Shown piece after piece: positions 48,101-59,450 of a stretch of DNA of 64,000 bases (position 1 is the stretch's first letter; every line of letters begins with the position of its first letter). The DNA is from Hypanus sabinus (taxonomy: Eukaryota). A model generated the notes under the pieces. It saw only the letters and a list, made by a program, of their open reading frames with translations. It was not told the DNA's origin and ran no database searches. The stretch covers positions 145,886,001 to 145,950,000 of the forward strand of contig NC_082715.1 of the NCBI RefSeq assembly GCF_030144855.1. Reading direction: 5' to 3'. The translations under genes were made by a program, and so were the position numbers.

Positions 48101-51100
48101 CTCAAGGTGGTACACAGTGACATATACATATTTTGATAATAAATTTACTTTGACGTTGATGTATTTGCACTAGCACATTCAGCATTTCAATATCCTATTC
48201 TACTTCAGGTACTTGAGCTACAAGAGCAGTATTTTCTCTCAATCAAATTTCTCAGAAAAGCTTTGCAGGTGGAGCCTGCAAACCAGGTAATTTTTACCTC
48301 AGTGATGCGTAAATTGAGTGAGTCAGCCACTGCACACTTCTCATGTGGTAGCTGAATTGTCTGTGAGTTTGCTGCTCCTGATTAAGCTATCTCTGGTCAA
48401 CATGTCTTTTGCTCTGTTCTTTGTCACTGCTGTCTGTTCTCCATTCTGCTCCTCAATATACAAATTTCTTGTAGTTATTTTGGTCATTAGTGAGACTGAA
48501 CCTAAACTACTGCAGGTGTGTTTGGTTTCCTTATCTAAAATACATACACATTCACTTTAGAGAAACTGATTGGGGCTCTGGTTGTCCTGCTCCCTTTATA
48601 TTTACTGGGGCTTCAAATTTTGTACTCCCAATGCAACCCTAGTTCTTCTTCCTTTATACACACTGGTGCCATGTTTCCTGCAATCCCTTTAACTTACCAG
48701 GTTCATTGAAACTGTGTTATAATACTGTAGAACATCTAAAGAAAGTGAATTAGAAGTGTGTAGGGTTTTACTAGGTATGATTTCAAATTGTCTGGAAAAT
48801 CTATCAGACCAACACCACTAAAGTCCCAAGCATTTCAGACCATGTGTTTTGATTTTGTGCCTCCAGGTTACTGTATTTATGACCCAAGTGTATGTACTCT
48901 CTAAAGCCTCTGTTATTCTGGTTCTGTTGTAGTTCAAATCCTGACCCATTGCCATTCATTTGGCTCTCAGACTTTTCACCTTTAAGTATAATTCTCTATT
49001 CCCAGAGGCAGAAACAGAACCGATATTAACGGGGACCAGTTTTCAAAAATTCAAACAATACTACAAAGCAATCCACTTGTCAGCCAAGAGAATCCTACAG
49101 CTGACTTATTTTGATGATATGGTCAGAACAGCCAAGAGCTCAGCTATGGCTAATTTTTAAAACATGAAAACACAAGCTGTCTTCAAAGTGCTTGAAAAAG
49201 GAGATTGTGTTACACATGGTTTATCCCATTAAAGTACAAGTGATCTGTGACATTCATTACATTCTCTAGTGGAGTTCACTGTAACACATGATATTACCGA
49301 ATGACTGAGGGAACTGCAGTGAGGTGTGGAGAACTGACCATAACGCATCTGGCTCTGCCAGAGGGCACTGGTGCTGTTCACTAATTCCTGGGGCAACTTT
49401 GAGAAATAGACCTACTGCCAGTATGATCACTGGTCCTGGGAGACTGGAAGAAGCTATAGACAGTGACCCTGAATCTGCTTTAGTTTATTTTAATATGAAA
49501 ACATCTGTTTCTGTAACACCATTTCCAAAAGCATCACAGACTGCATATAAACACACACAAAATGCTGGAGGAACTCAGCAGGCCAGGCAGCATCTATGGA
49601 GAGTCAAAATTTTGGGCCAAAAAATTGACTTATTTATTCCTCTCCCGAGATCATGTCTAATCTGCTGAGTTCCTCCAGTAGTTTATGTGTTTTGCTCTGG
49701 ATTTACAGCATCTGCAGAATGCTTTGTGTCTATCCCTGTTCACAGTTACTGGGTTTATTCATGTTGTTCTATGCTATGTGACTTTCAGGATGTGTTGCTC
49801 TGTTGATCTATTATGAGTAATCACAGTGGCTCTCGTTTCTTTGGTCTTACAGCTGCTATCTCAGCATTCAGGTCTAATAGGTGCATGTCAGAACACAGGC
49901 TCGACTTTTGAGGGACATCACTGATTAATGACTGAATACTGTAATGATGGGAGAGGATGAATACAGAGGGACCAAACCAGCTTGAAGAACTGCAATAGGT
50001 GGGTTCTTTGTGCAATGGGATCACAGAAACCTTCAAGGGTTTGGCCAGGAATTCTTGACAGGAAATGATTGCTTACAAGAACTTCTCCAAGGAAGTCCTT
50101 GTAAGCAGTGATGTTACAGAGGTGCAGTTTGTGCTGTTCTGGGGAGGACAGGAATGCAGGAAAGTTCTTATACTTGCAGTGCATTCTCCTGTTGGCTGAA
50201 GCAAAATTAATGAAGGAGGGGTTTTAGTGATATTTTTAATGCAGAGGAACAGTGAGTTGTGCCTGGGTTCAGTGCCCAACACCCTAAAATGATCTTGAGG
50301 CAAGGAAACAGAGACCTTTGTCAAATAAATGTGCATTAGAACCTACAGATAGTTACAGATCTCAGTGAGGACAAAAAACTTTGAGTGTAGGCCCTTCAAA
50401 AGGCAGTTTTAGTGGATCATAAACACAGGAGATTGTGCAGATGCTGGAAATCCAGAGTAACACACAAACACACACAAAATGCTGGAGGAGCTCAGCAGGT
50501 CAGGTAGTATCTACGGAGAAGAATAAACAGTTGACGTTTTTAGCAAAGACCCTTCAACAGGACTGAAAAAGAAGGGGGAAGAAGCCAGAATAAGGAGGTG
50601 GCGGGGGGGATGGGGAGAGAAGGAGTACAAGCTAGAAGATGATAGCTGAAGCCAGGTGAATGGGGGATGGAGTGATAAGCTGGGAGGTAATAAGTGGAAA
50701 AGGCTGAAGAAGAGGGAGTCTGAGAGGAGAGGACAGTGGACCATGGGAGAAAGAGAAGGGGCACTGGAGGGAGGTGATACACAGGTGAGGAGAAGGGTAA
50801 GTGAGTGCCAGAGATGATGCTTGGTGGCCAACTCTTTAATTCCAATTCTCCACTCCCATTCTGATATGTTGGTTTATGACCTCCTCTACTGCCATGACAA
50901 GGCCATTCTCAGGTTGGAGGAATAACTCCTCAAATTCCATTTGGGTAGCCTCCAACCTGGTGGCATTAACATCTATTTCTCTATCTTTTGGTAATTTTCT
51001 CCTCCCCCTCCTCTCTTCTTCCATTCCTCATTCTGGCTCCCTGCTTTACCTCTTCTTTTCTCCTCACTTGCCAATCACTTCCCCCTGGTGCCCCACCTCC

Positions 51101-54100
51101 TACCCTTTTCTCCCATGGTCCACTCTCCTCTATCGGGTTCCTTCTTCCTCAGCCCTTTTCCACCTCTCTCCTCCCAACTTATCACATTATCCCCTTCTTC
51201 CATCCACCTGGCTTCAGCTAACACCGTCTAGCTTGGACCCCTTCCCCTCGCCCCACACGCTTACTCCAGCTTTATCCCTCTTGCTTTGCATTCCTAATGA
51301 AGAACCTCTGTCCAAAACGTCAACTGTTTATTCCTTCCCAGTGATGCTGCCTGGCCTGTTGAGTTCCTCCAGCATTGTATGTGTTAATCACAGTTTCAGG
51401 GGAATAGGGTAAGTACAAGCTAGCTGTTTTATGTTTTGTCATTATTCAGCGGAGTGAGGTGAAATAAGGATTTTGGGCTTTGTGCTATAGTTAACACCTT
51501 CTGAAAGAGTTTTATCCTCTGCTCACCATTAGGTTCATTTTCAACTGCGATTTTTTTTCCCCAGAAATATTGCAAGTAAATCTTTAGTTGAAAACCTGTA
51601 GGAGGGCTTTAAAAGTCAAGTAGCATGCGTATAGAGAAGGTTTATAAAGATATGGGGCAAACATGGGCAAATGAGACTAGATGGATGGGTATCTCCCATC
51701 CAAACTTTGAAATCCATCCATTATCCATCATCATCCCCCACCATCCAGGCCATGCTCCTTCTTGTTAAACCATCGGGAAGGAGGTGCAGGAGCCTTAGGT
51801 TCCACACCACTAGGTTCGGGAACGACTATTACCCTACAACCATCAGACTTCTGAATCAACATGGATAACTTAACTCACCTCAACTCTGAACAGATTCCAC
51901 AACTGTGGACTCATTTTCAGGGCCTCTACACCTCATGTTTTCAGTAGTATCTATATTTATTTGTACAGTTTGACTTTTGTTCATTGGTTATGTGTCAGTC
52001 TTTGTTTATGTATAGTTTTTCATTGCTTCTGTTGTATTTTTTTTTGTTTCCCTGTAAATCCCTGTAAGAAAATGAATCTGAAGATAGTGGATGGTGATGT
52101 ATATATACTTTGATAATAAAGTAACTTTGAATGAGACTTTTGGATGGGCATGGAGCAGTGGGCTGAAGGGCCTATGCCCATACAGTATGTCTGTATGCGA
52201 TACAGAAATCAGAAAGAAATCCAGGTCCAGTGTAAACTAGTCCTTCAATAGTTTGGGTTTTTAAAGATTCATGTACTGCAGCAAAAAGCATAACTTGCTA
52301 TCTTATTTGCACCGAATAAATCAATTTCAACCACTTAGAATGGGCATTTCTCATACTTGCAAGTTAAATCAAATTAGGTTTAAACTTACTTAGAAGGTAG
52401 GGGTTTGTCTCTCAGTTCTACACAGTAAACAGTTCCAGCAGAATTCTGGGCTACTATTAGGACCATAGACCCTAAAGCATGCATATCTGCCAGAGCCAGT
52501 GTCAGCGTTCACAGGAGATGCTGGCAGTAACACTCTGGTTATTGAACAGCAAACTGCAGAGCACAGCAGAGCAGATGCCCTCAGCATGGCAGAATTAGGG
52601 TCACAACACTCCACTGGAGCCAGAGGTGGTAAACTCAGTTGCTGTGGTTGGAATCACAGTTACGTGCAGAGCAGAATCAGAGAGAGAGCAGGACTAACAT
52701 TACCCTCCCCTTCACAATTAAAATGCTATGTATTTGTGCACCAGTTCTAAGGTTGGTGTTATGATATTACTATGGCAGTGAAGTCAAGTTTCTATAGAAC
52801 ACAGAGCATAGAATGGTACAGCACAGGAACAGGCCCTTCAGCCCATGAATGTCGTGCTGAACCAGCTAAAAGACAAATCAAAAACACCCTAACACTAATC
52901 CCTTCTGTCGACACCATGTCCATATCCCTCCATCTTCTTTGCATTCATGTGCCTATCTCAACATCTCTTAAAAGCCTCTAATGTATCTGCTGTTACCACC
53001 ACACCAGGCAGCGCATTTCAGGCATCCAACACTCTCTTGAGTAAAAACTTATCCCTCACATCCCCTTGACTCTACCCACTCTCACCTTCAATGCTTGTCC
53101 TCTGGTAATAGACATTCCAACTCTGCGAAACAGATACTCTCTGTCCATTTTATCTGTGCCTCTCATAATCTTGTAAACCTCTATCAGATCTCCCCTCAGC
53201 CTCAGGTGCTCTAGAGAAAACAACCCAAGTTTATCCAGCCTCCCGTGATAGCACATGCCCTCCAAACCAAGCAGCATCCTGGTAAACTTCTTCTGCACCC
53301 TCTCAAAAGCCTCAACATCCTTCCTATAGTGGGGTGACCAGACTGTACAACAGATGTAGCTTAACCAGAGTTTTATAAGGTTGCAACATAACCACCTGAT
53401 TTTTGAACTCAGTGCTTCATCTAATAAAAACAAACATTCCACAAGCCTTCTTTACCACTGTATCGAACTGTGTAGCCACTTTCAAAAAGCTGTGAGCTTG
53501 GATCTCAAGATCTCTCTGCTCAGCAACACTGCTAAGGATCTTGCCCTTAACAGTGCACTCTCTCCTTGTATTTGCCCTACCGAGATTCAACACCTCACAT
53601 TTATCTTGGTTAAACACCATCTGCCATTTCTCGGCCCATACCTGCAACTGATCTACATTGAGCTGTATTCTTTGCCAGTCTTCTACACTATCCACAACTC
53701 CACTGATTTTATATCATCCACAAACTTACTAACCCACCCATCTACATTTTCATCCAGGTTACTTATATACATTACAAACTGCAGAGGTCCCAGCACAGAT
53801 CACTGTGGAACACCACTAATAACAGATCTCCAGCTTGAATAAATTCTTTTAACCACTATCTTTTATGTGCAAGCCAGTTCTGAATTCAAACTGCCAGTTC
53901 GCTTCGGAGCCCATGCATCATAATCTTCTGGATTAGCCTTATCTCTATAATGGGGGTTGATTCACAATTCCAGTTTTGCACCTGGGAAATAAATATAAAA
54001 TCCACCTCTATATTCATACTTATTGGTAAGTAAATGATAATCATTGTGCTGGGATAGCCTTACCTCTGTAAAAATTTGTCCAAGCCTGCTAACTTATCCC

Positions 54101-57100
54101 CTCTGAATAAGCACACTCTTATAATCTTAGAAATAGACTATAAAAGCCTCACCTTGTCTACTTGTTCTTCGTACTTATCCAAGTAAGGTTTAATAATCAT
54201 AGGGTTCATGCCTCGATCACGATTTCGGGCAATGGTTTGCAGACCCCTATTATTCACATTTGGAAAAGCTTTATTTCACTCCCAGCTACCCTGATAAAAT
54301 TCTTTAAATAGATGTCACTTGGTTTTTGACCCATCTAGGAAAGGAAAATATGTCCCTAGTGTTCATGATATTTTGGTCCCTCAGATATTTTTTTGTCTTT
54401 CACAGCTCAATTAAATCTTACCTTAGCTTACTTTGATCCTAAGAAAACATACCCAGCATATGCAATTTTCACCAAAAGCTAAAATTTTGGGAGACCTGGC
54501 ATCATTCTCACTCTGCTCACTCTGGTGGAATCAAATCTTTCCTGTAAAGTGGAGACCATAAACTGTACTTAGTATCCAAACTGTAGTTTAATTAGGATAA
54601 GTGGTTCATTAAGTAATGGTGCAGGGGACCCATAGCCTGGCGGCCATGCCCACCACCATTATATATCAGAACCTCAGGAGCCCATTGAATCAGTGATTGA
54701 GTTAGTTCCACACATCACAATGCATGAGTCACCAGTGAACGAGTTTCCAGATCAGGAGCGTTCAGATGGAAAACTAGAAACTAAAAAGCATCACTGGTTG
54801 CATATTACCAAAGCAATCTAACCTTTTCAATTAATGTTTGCATCTGCAGGAAATTGAGAGGGCAATGAAACTTGTATTTGACAAGTGGGCAGCGAAATCT
54901 GAAGGTACCAGCAACGCTAAAATGGTGAATGAATGTTCACTGTTCTTGGTAGGTCCGAGATCTCTCACGGATGGAATTTTCTTTGCTATTTTATGAATGA
55001 AATAAGTTATCCATAGACAGTACACTTTCAATTGACTTTAGATATTCTGTTTAGGACCGACAGCACATAATAACCAAACCCTGCAATAAACTACGACAAC
55101 TTAAATAGGGTTAACTGGTACAGTGTTACATTGCAGCTCGACATAACTGGTCAGATAATGTGGCTGGTCAAACAGCTGGTCTGAAATAGCAAAGTATCCA
55201 ACTTCCTTGTATTTAATAGCAGTATTTACAGTCGTAACTAAATATCGGACCAATTTAAGATCCAAGTAACACACATAAAATGCTGGAGGAACTCAGCAGG
55301 CCAGGCAGCATCTATGGAAAAGAGTAAACAGTCAACGTTTTGGACTGACACTCTTCATCAGGACCTGAATGAAAGGAGGCAGCAGACAGAATAAGGTGGT
55401 GGTGGCAGCAGATTCTAAGTGGGACTAGGTGAGGGTAAAGGTGAGTGGGTGGGTGGGGAAGGGGAGATGAAGTAAGACGCTGAGAGGGTATTAGTGAAAT
55501 AGACGAAGGGCTGAAGAAGGAGATTAATAGGAAAGGACAGTTGACCATGGAAAAAAGGGAAGGAAGGGAATCAGAAAGAGGTGATGGGCAGGAGAGGAGA
55601 AGAGCAAGGGTGAGAGGGTAACCAGTACAAGGAACGGAGAAAGAGGGGGGGATAAATTCCCAGCAGTTAGAGATATGGATGTTCATGCCATCAGGTTGGG
55701 CCCATGTTATTTGTGCTGACCTTTTAACTTGAGATCAATCTAACCCTCCACTTTTGTTAAGTGCTCCTAATGTATCTGTCTCTTCCACCAACCCTGGCAG
55801 GGTGTTCCACACCCTGAGTGTACTGAGTTTACACTCTCTGAGTGTGAAGAACATCCCCCCTATCAATTCTAACCAAACTCCGTTAGAGAAGCGTTAGATT
55901 GATCTCAGTGTAGGTTAAGGTCAGCACAACATTGTGGGCCAAAGGGCCTTTACTGAGCTGTAATGTTCTGTCTCAATCAAATCTAACTAAACTCGTGTCT
56001 TAGACATTTGACATTTTCTTTGTTTAAATTCAAGGTTTTGGATGAAACTAAAAATCATCTTTGATATATATGATATTCCATTATTACTTATCATCTCTCT
56101 TCACTAAAGGTCTCTTAAACATATGATTGATTAACATTTCACAATTGTAATTCTAAATCTGCTCGAAGCCTGTTGGCTCTTCCATATCCTGATCTATGTA
56201 ACTATACTGACGAAGGGTCTCGGCCCGAAACGTCGACAGCGCTTCTCCTTATAGATGCTGCCTGGCCTGCTGTGTTCCACCAGCATTTTGTGTGTGTTGT
56301 TCTGTGTAACTATAGAAATGTTTCAAATTAGATGCATTGATGTGCCACCCAGTTTCTTAAGGTAGTTACACTGGGATAATTTGATTGCAACCTCGTGTAT
56401 TTGCACCTACTTGAGTAATGCCTTGTTTATTTAGTATTTGTCCAACTCTTCTTTAATAAGCATAGTCTCTGCTTGCACAGAGTTTTGGGAAGACAATTTG
56501 AAAGATTCACTATCCTCTTTTGGACCCCATGAATTTGTAACAATTACATTGTTTATCACGGCATTGTTGAGCCCTGTGGTGGCAATGTTGACATTAAATT
56601 TCAAGAGGAATGAGTATCATGTAACAAATTTAATCTTAGTAAGAGTTGGCTGTCTGTATCCTCTTCTTCCACCACTATCCCTCACCTACCCTTGGCCTCT
56701 CAGGCTTCCCTCTACTCCTCATCACGCACTCCTTTTAACCAGTTCCCTTCTACCACCACCACTCTCCACATCTGCCCTACCCCCAACATCTCACCATCTT
56801 AACAAGGTAGGGTTGTCCTAATCTGTATCTATTACACCATGAGCCTCTGTAGCCAGCACATCATTCTTCGTAGTTTCCACTATCTAAAAGAGGAAACTAC
56901 CAATAAAAATGAACATATTTCCCTTCCCCGCCACCCTCTTCACTTCCCATATGTATGTGACTCCCTTGTCCAATCCCCCCCTCTCCCCACTAATCTCCCT
57001 CCTGCCACTTATCCCATAAGCATGACACCTACCCATACACCTCCTCCCTCAGCATCATTCAGGGCCCTGGAAAGGTTCTTCCAGTTGAGGAGATACATCA

Positions 57101-58826
57101 TTTGCAAATCTGTAAGGGTTGTCTCTTGTATCTAGTGTTCCCAGTGCAGCCTGCTCTACATTGGTGAGATCCATGCAGAATGAGGGATTGCTTTGACCAG
57201 CACTTTCACTCTGCCTGCCACAAAAGGTAGGATCTCTTAGCTATCCATTTTATTTAGACATCCCATTCCCATTCTGAAATGTCAGTCCATGGCCTCCTCT
57301 ACTGTCATGATGAAGCCAAACTCAAGTTGGAAGAGCAACATCTTATATTCTCTCTGGTTACCCTCCAACCTGATGGCATCAACAGCAATCTATCTAACTT
57401 CTGGTAATTTCTCCCCCTCTTCCTTCTCTCTTTTTCCATTGTTCATACTGGTTACCCTCTCACCCTTTCTCTTCTCCTCACCTGCCCATCACTGTTTCCT
57501 GGTTCCCTTCCTTCTTCCCTTTCTTCCATGGTCAACTGTCCTTTCTTATTAGATTCCTTCTTCTTCAGCCCTTTATCCATTTTTACCAATATCCTCCAAC
57601 ATCCACCCATTCCCCACCTACCTTCTCCCTTACTGAGCCTCACCAATAATACGCTGGCTTCTACTCATTCCCCTCCCGCCACCTTCTTATTCTGGCTGCT
57701 GCCTCTTTCCTGATGAAGAGTGTCAGCCCAAAACGTGGACTGTTTACTCTTTTCCATAGATGCTGCCTGTCCTCCGGCATTTTGTGTGTGATTTCCAGTA
57801 CCTGCAGATTTTCTTGCCTTTGACAGATTTAAGATGGTGGTTGGAGTGATGAGAGGGTAGAAGAGATTTGTTAAAATGTAGTTCACTGTCTCCATCTGGA
57901 AAGCCCAGCCTGATAGAATGATTAAAGGGTATTCAACGGGAACTAAATGAGGTTGGAGAAAGAAAGTACTTTAGGGTTAAGGACAAGGAACAGGACAAAA
58001 TGAAAACAATTTTTTCCAGTTTCTTCCTTCTCAATCATTCTCTAATTAACACAGTTCTTTTCCCAAAAAGGAACACTTACTTCTGGTTTGCTCAACATTT
58101 TTTTTCTGCATTAAAAAGTTCTAAAGTAACGCAAGTCTGTTTTCTCTTCTCATTGGTGGAAATAAAATCACTATATTATTGCAGTTAACACAACATATTT
58201 CCGATTTTCGATTCAGTACATTTTTTCTGTGCTCTTCCCTGGTGTCATTCACTGATGGTGGATGTGTTCTGTTACTGTTTGTTCATGAAATGATAGGATC
58301 AGTGTTTGAGGCTGTTAACTACGTATGCACATTTTAAAAAGCAAAGACCAACATGCCCTGGACAAAGGGTACAACTGCTCCATGATGTTTATTTCTTGGT
58401 GCTTCTTTACCTCTCACTGCAGAGCCATTAGTGAAATATATACAATTCCCACTGCTTTCTGCATGAACTTGTACATTCTCCCCACGACCATGTGGGATTC
58501 CTCCAGCTACTCCGGGTTTCTCGCATATCCCAGAGATGTACGGTGAGGTTTTTGAGTTGTGGGCGTGCTACATTGGCGTTGGAAGTGTGACAACATTTGT
58601 GCACAGCTCAGCACAATCCTTGCTGATCTGATTTATCACAAACAACACATTTCACCCTGTAAAGCTAATCTTTAAGATGCTCCTTAAAGCCTACCCCTTT
58701 GATGGTGATTTTGGTTAAGTGTCCTGATGCAAGTAGTAACTATGGTTATTGCTACAGGCTGATGAAAGCAAGGTTAAACCAGCAGAGAATCATTCAGAAA
58801 TGCCAGAAGAATGCCAAAGGACTTAA
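36096..58826 (+). CDS. FKBP8-like (FKBP38-related) FKBP + TPR co-chaperone, about 316 aa; N- and C-terminal exons less certain
   Basis: join(36096-36150,36230-36399,37558-37646,41751-41968,45435-45607,48209-48286,54850-54948,58758-58826); open frame throughout; motifs [55 protein letters not shown] align with FKBP8. Confidence 0.85.
36230..36399 (+). CDS. FKBP8-like exon, FKBP domain part 1
   Basis: [37 protein letters not shown]...[11 protein letters not shown]; 170 nt. Confidence 0.9.
37558..37646 (+). CDS. FKBP8-like exon, FKBP domain part 2
   Basis: [29 protein letters not shown]; 89 nt. Confidence 0.9.
39616..40255 (-). mobile_element. RTE-clade LINE 3' fragment with (GAA)n tail
   Basis: [10 protein letters not shown]...[17 protein letters not shown]; [12 protein letters not shown]; CTTCTTCTTC at 39616-39625. 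Confidence 0.85.
40868..41082. repeat. Fold-back (palindromic) Penelope-derived element
   Basis: Arms at about 40914-40990 and 40995-41071 are largely reverse-complementary. Confidence 0.75.
41751..41968 (+). CDS. FKBP8-like exon, end of FKBP domain plus TPR1
   Basis: [18 protein letters not shown]...[26 protein letters not shown]; CAGCAG acceptor; 218 nt. Confidence 0.92.
44005..44710 (-). mobile_element. Rex1-like LINE 3' fragment
   Basis: Highly similar to 3883-4600 (e.g. CCGATCCTGTGCAGTGGCCC). Confidence 0.75.
45435..45607 (+). CDS. FKBP8-like exon, TPR2-TPR3
   Basis: [46 protein letters not shown]; 173 nt. Confidence 0.93.
46391..47968 (-). mobile_element. Tc1/mariner transposon with long (about 200 bp) IR/DR-type TIRs and decayed transposase
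   Basis: [45 protein letters not shown]; 46391-46600 inverted at 47763-47968, ending GCACTG. Confidence 0.9.
48209..48286 (+). CDS. FKBP8-like exon, end of TPR3
   Basis: [26 protein letters not shown] (FKBP8 [26 protein letters not shown]); 78 nt. Confidence 0.9.
50420..51385. mobile_element. Penelope-like element remnant with inverted pseudo-LTR arms
   Basis: 50420-50830 (minus) and 50836-51385 (plus) are inverted homologues, each with a decayed hammerhead. Confidence 0.7.
51730..52130 (+). mobile_element. Rex1-like LINE 3' end
   Basis: [29 protein letters not shown]; 3' AATAAAGTAACTTTGA. Confidence 0.7.
52795..53935 (-). mobile_element. CR1-type LINE 3' fragment
   Basis: [17 protein letters not shown]; [22 protein letters not shown]. 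Confidence 0.9.
54850..54948 (+). CDS. FKBP8-like exon, post-TPR helix (3' boundary uncertain)
   Basis: [25 protein letters not shown] aligns with FKBP8 TIHAELSKLVKKHAAQ; possible donors after 54904, 54924 or 54948. Confidence 0.65.
56207..56237 (+). ncRNA. Minimal hammerhead ribozyme core (5' strand of stem I absent)
   Basis: CTGACGA-A-GGGTCTCGGCCC-GAAAC-GTC-gac. Confidence 0.6.
56207..56304 (+). mobile_element. Hammerhead-headed mini retroelement (about 98 bp) with TSD
   Basis: TSD TGTAACTATA at 56197-56206 and 56305-56314. Confidence 0.8.
58758..58826 (+). CDS. FKBP8-like putative last coding exon
   Basis: ctacag acceptor; [22 protein letters not shown]; AG|GTATGT donor at 58854. Confidence 0.5.
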   Translation, partial: ADESKVKPAENHSEMPEECQRT

Positions 58827-58904
58827 GAGACGCTGACCTCTGAGGCTGAGTTAGGTATGTTTGTTATACTGCTATCTCAACTGTTGGTGTGCTCAGAGAT
58901 GATC

Positions 58905-59450
58905 TAACATTCCATGTTAAGGAGTTGGTGCTGGAACTGGATGAACTCTGGACCATTCAGGAGGCTGAGGGGGTGATAGATAGGACATATAGAGAGGTAG
59001 TTACACCCGAGACCCAAGGTGCAGGACGCAGGAGACTGTGTGACAGTCAGAAAAGGGAAAAGGGTTAAACAGCCAGTGCAGAGTACCCTTTTGGCCAGCC
59101 TCTCAAAAACAGGCACACCACTTTGGATATGGGGTTGGGATATGCCCTAGCAGAGGAAAATCACAGCGGTCAGGTCCAGGCCACCAAGTCTGACTCCATG
59201 ACTCAGAAGGTGGGGGGGTGGGAGGGGTAGAGAAGAGGTGAGGTGTGGTGGCAGGGAATTGTTAGAAAGGAGGTTCAAGAACAAGATTCCAGGATGGCAT
59301 GTTGTCTCCTGGGTGCCAGGATCAGGGAACCTCAGATCGACTCCACAGCATTCTTCAGTGGGAGGGGGAGCAGCCTGAGGTCACGGTCCATTTAGGTGGC
59401 AATCACATAGGTAGGAAGAAGGACGAGGCTCTACAAAGTGAGTTCTGGGA
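58905..59450 (+). mobile_element. CR1 LINE ORF1 (SGNH esterase) fragment
   Basis: SDRLHSILQWEGEQPEVTVHLGGNHIGRKK. Confidence 0.75.

Larger units (their letters stand above)
55266..57815. mobile_element. Penelope-like element: inverted pseudo-LTR (55266-55700, minus) and 3' fragment with GIY-YIG remnant (56690-57815, plus)
   Basis: [16 protein letters not shown] at 57118-57168 runs into the hammerhead-bearing terminal repeat. Confidence 0.75.

Noticed and set aside
50511-51412. Long Pro/Ser/Leu-rich ORFs (also 11724-12075, 55312-55686, 56438-57713)
   Set aside because: Low-complexity translations of the pyrimidine-rich Penelope-derived repeat, not genes
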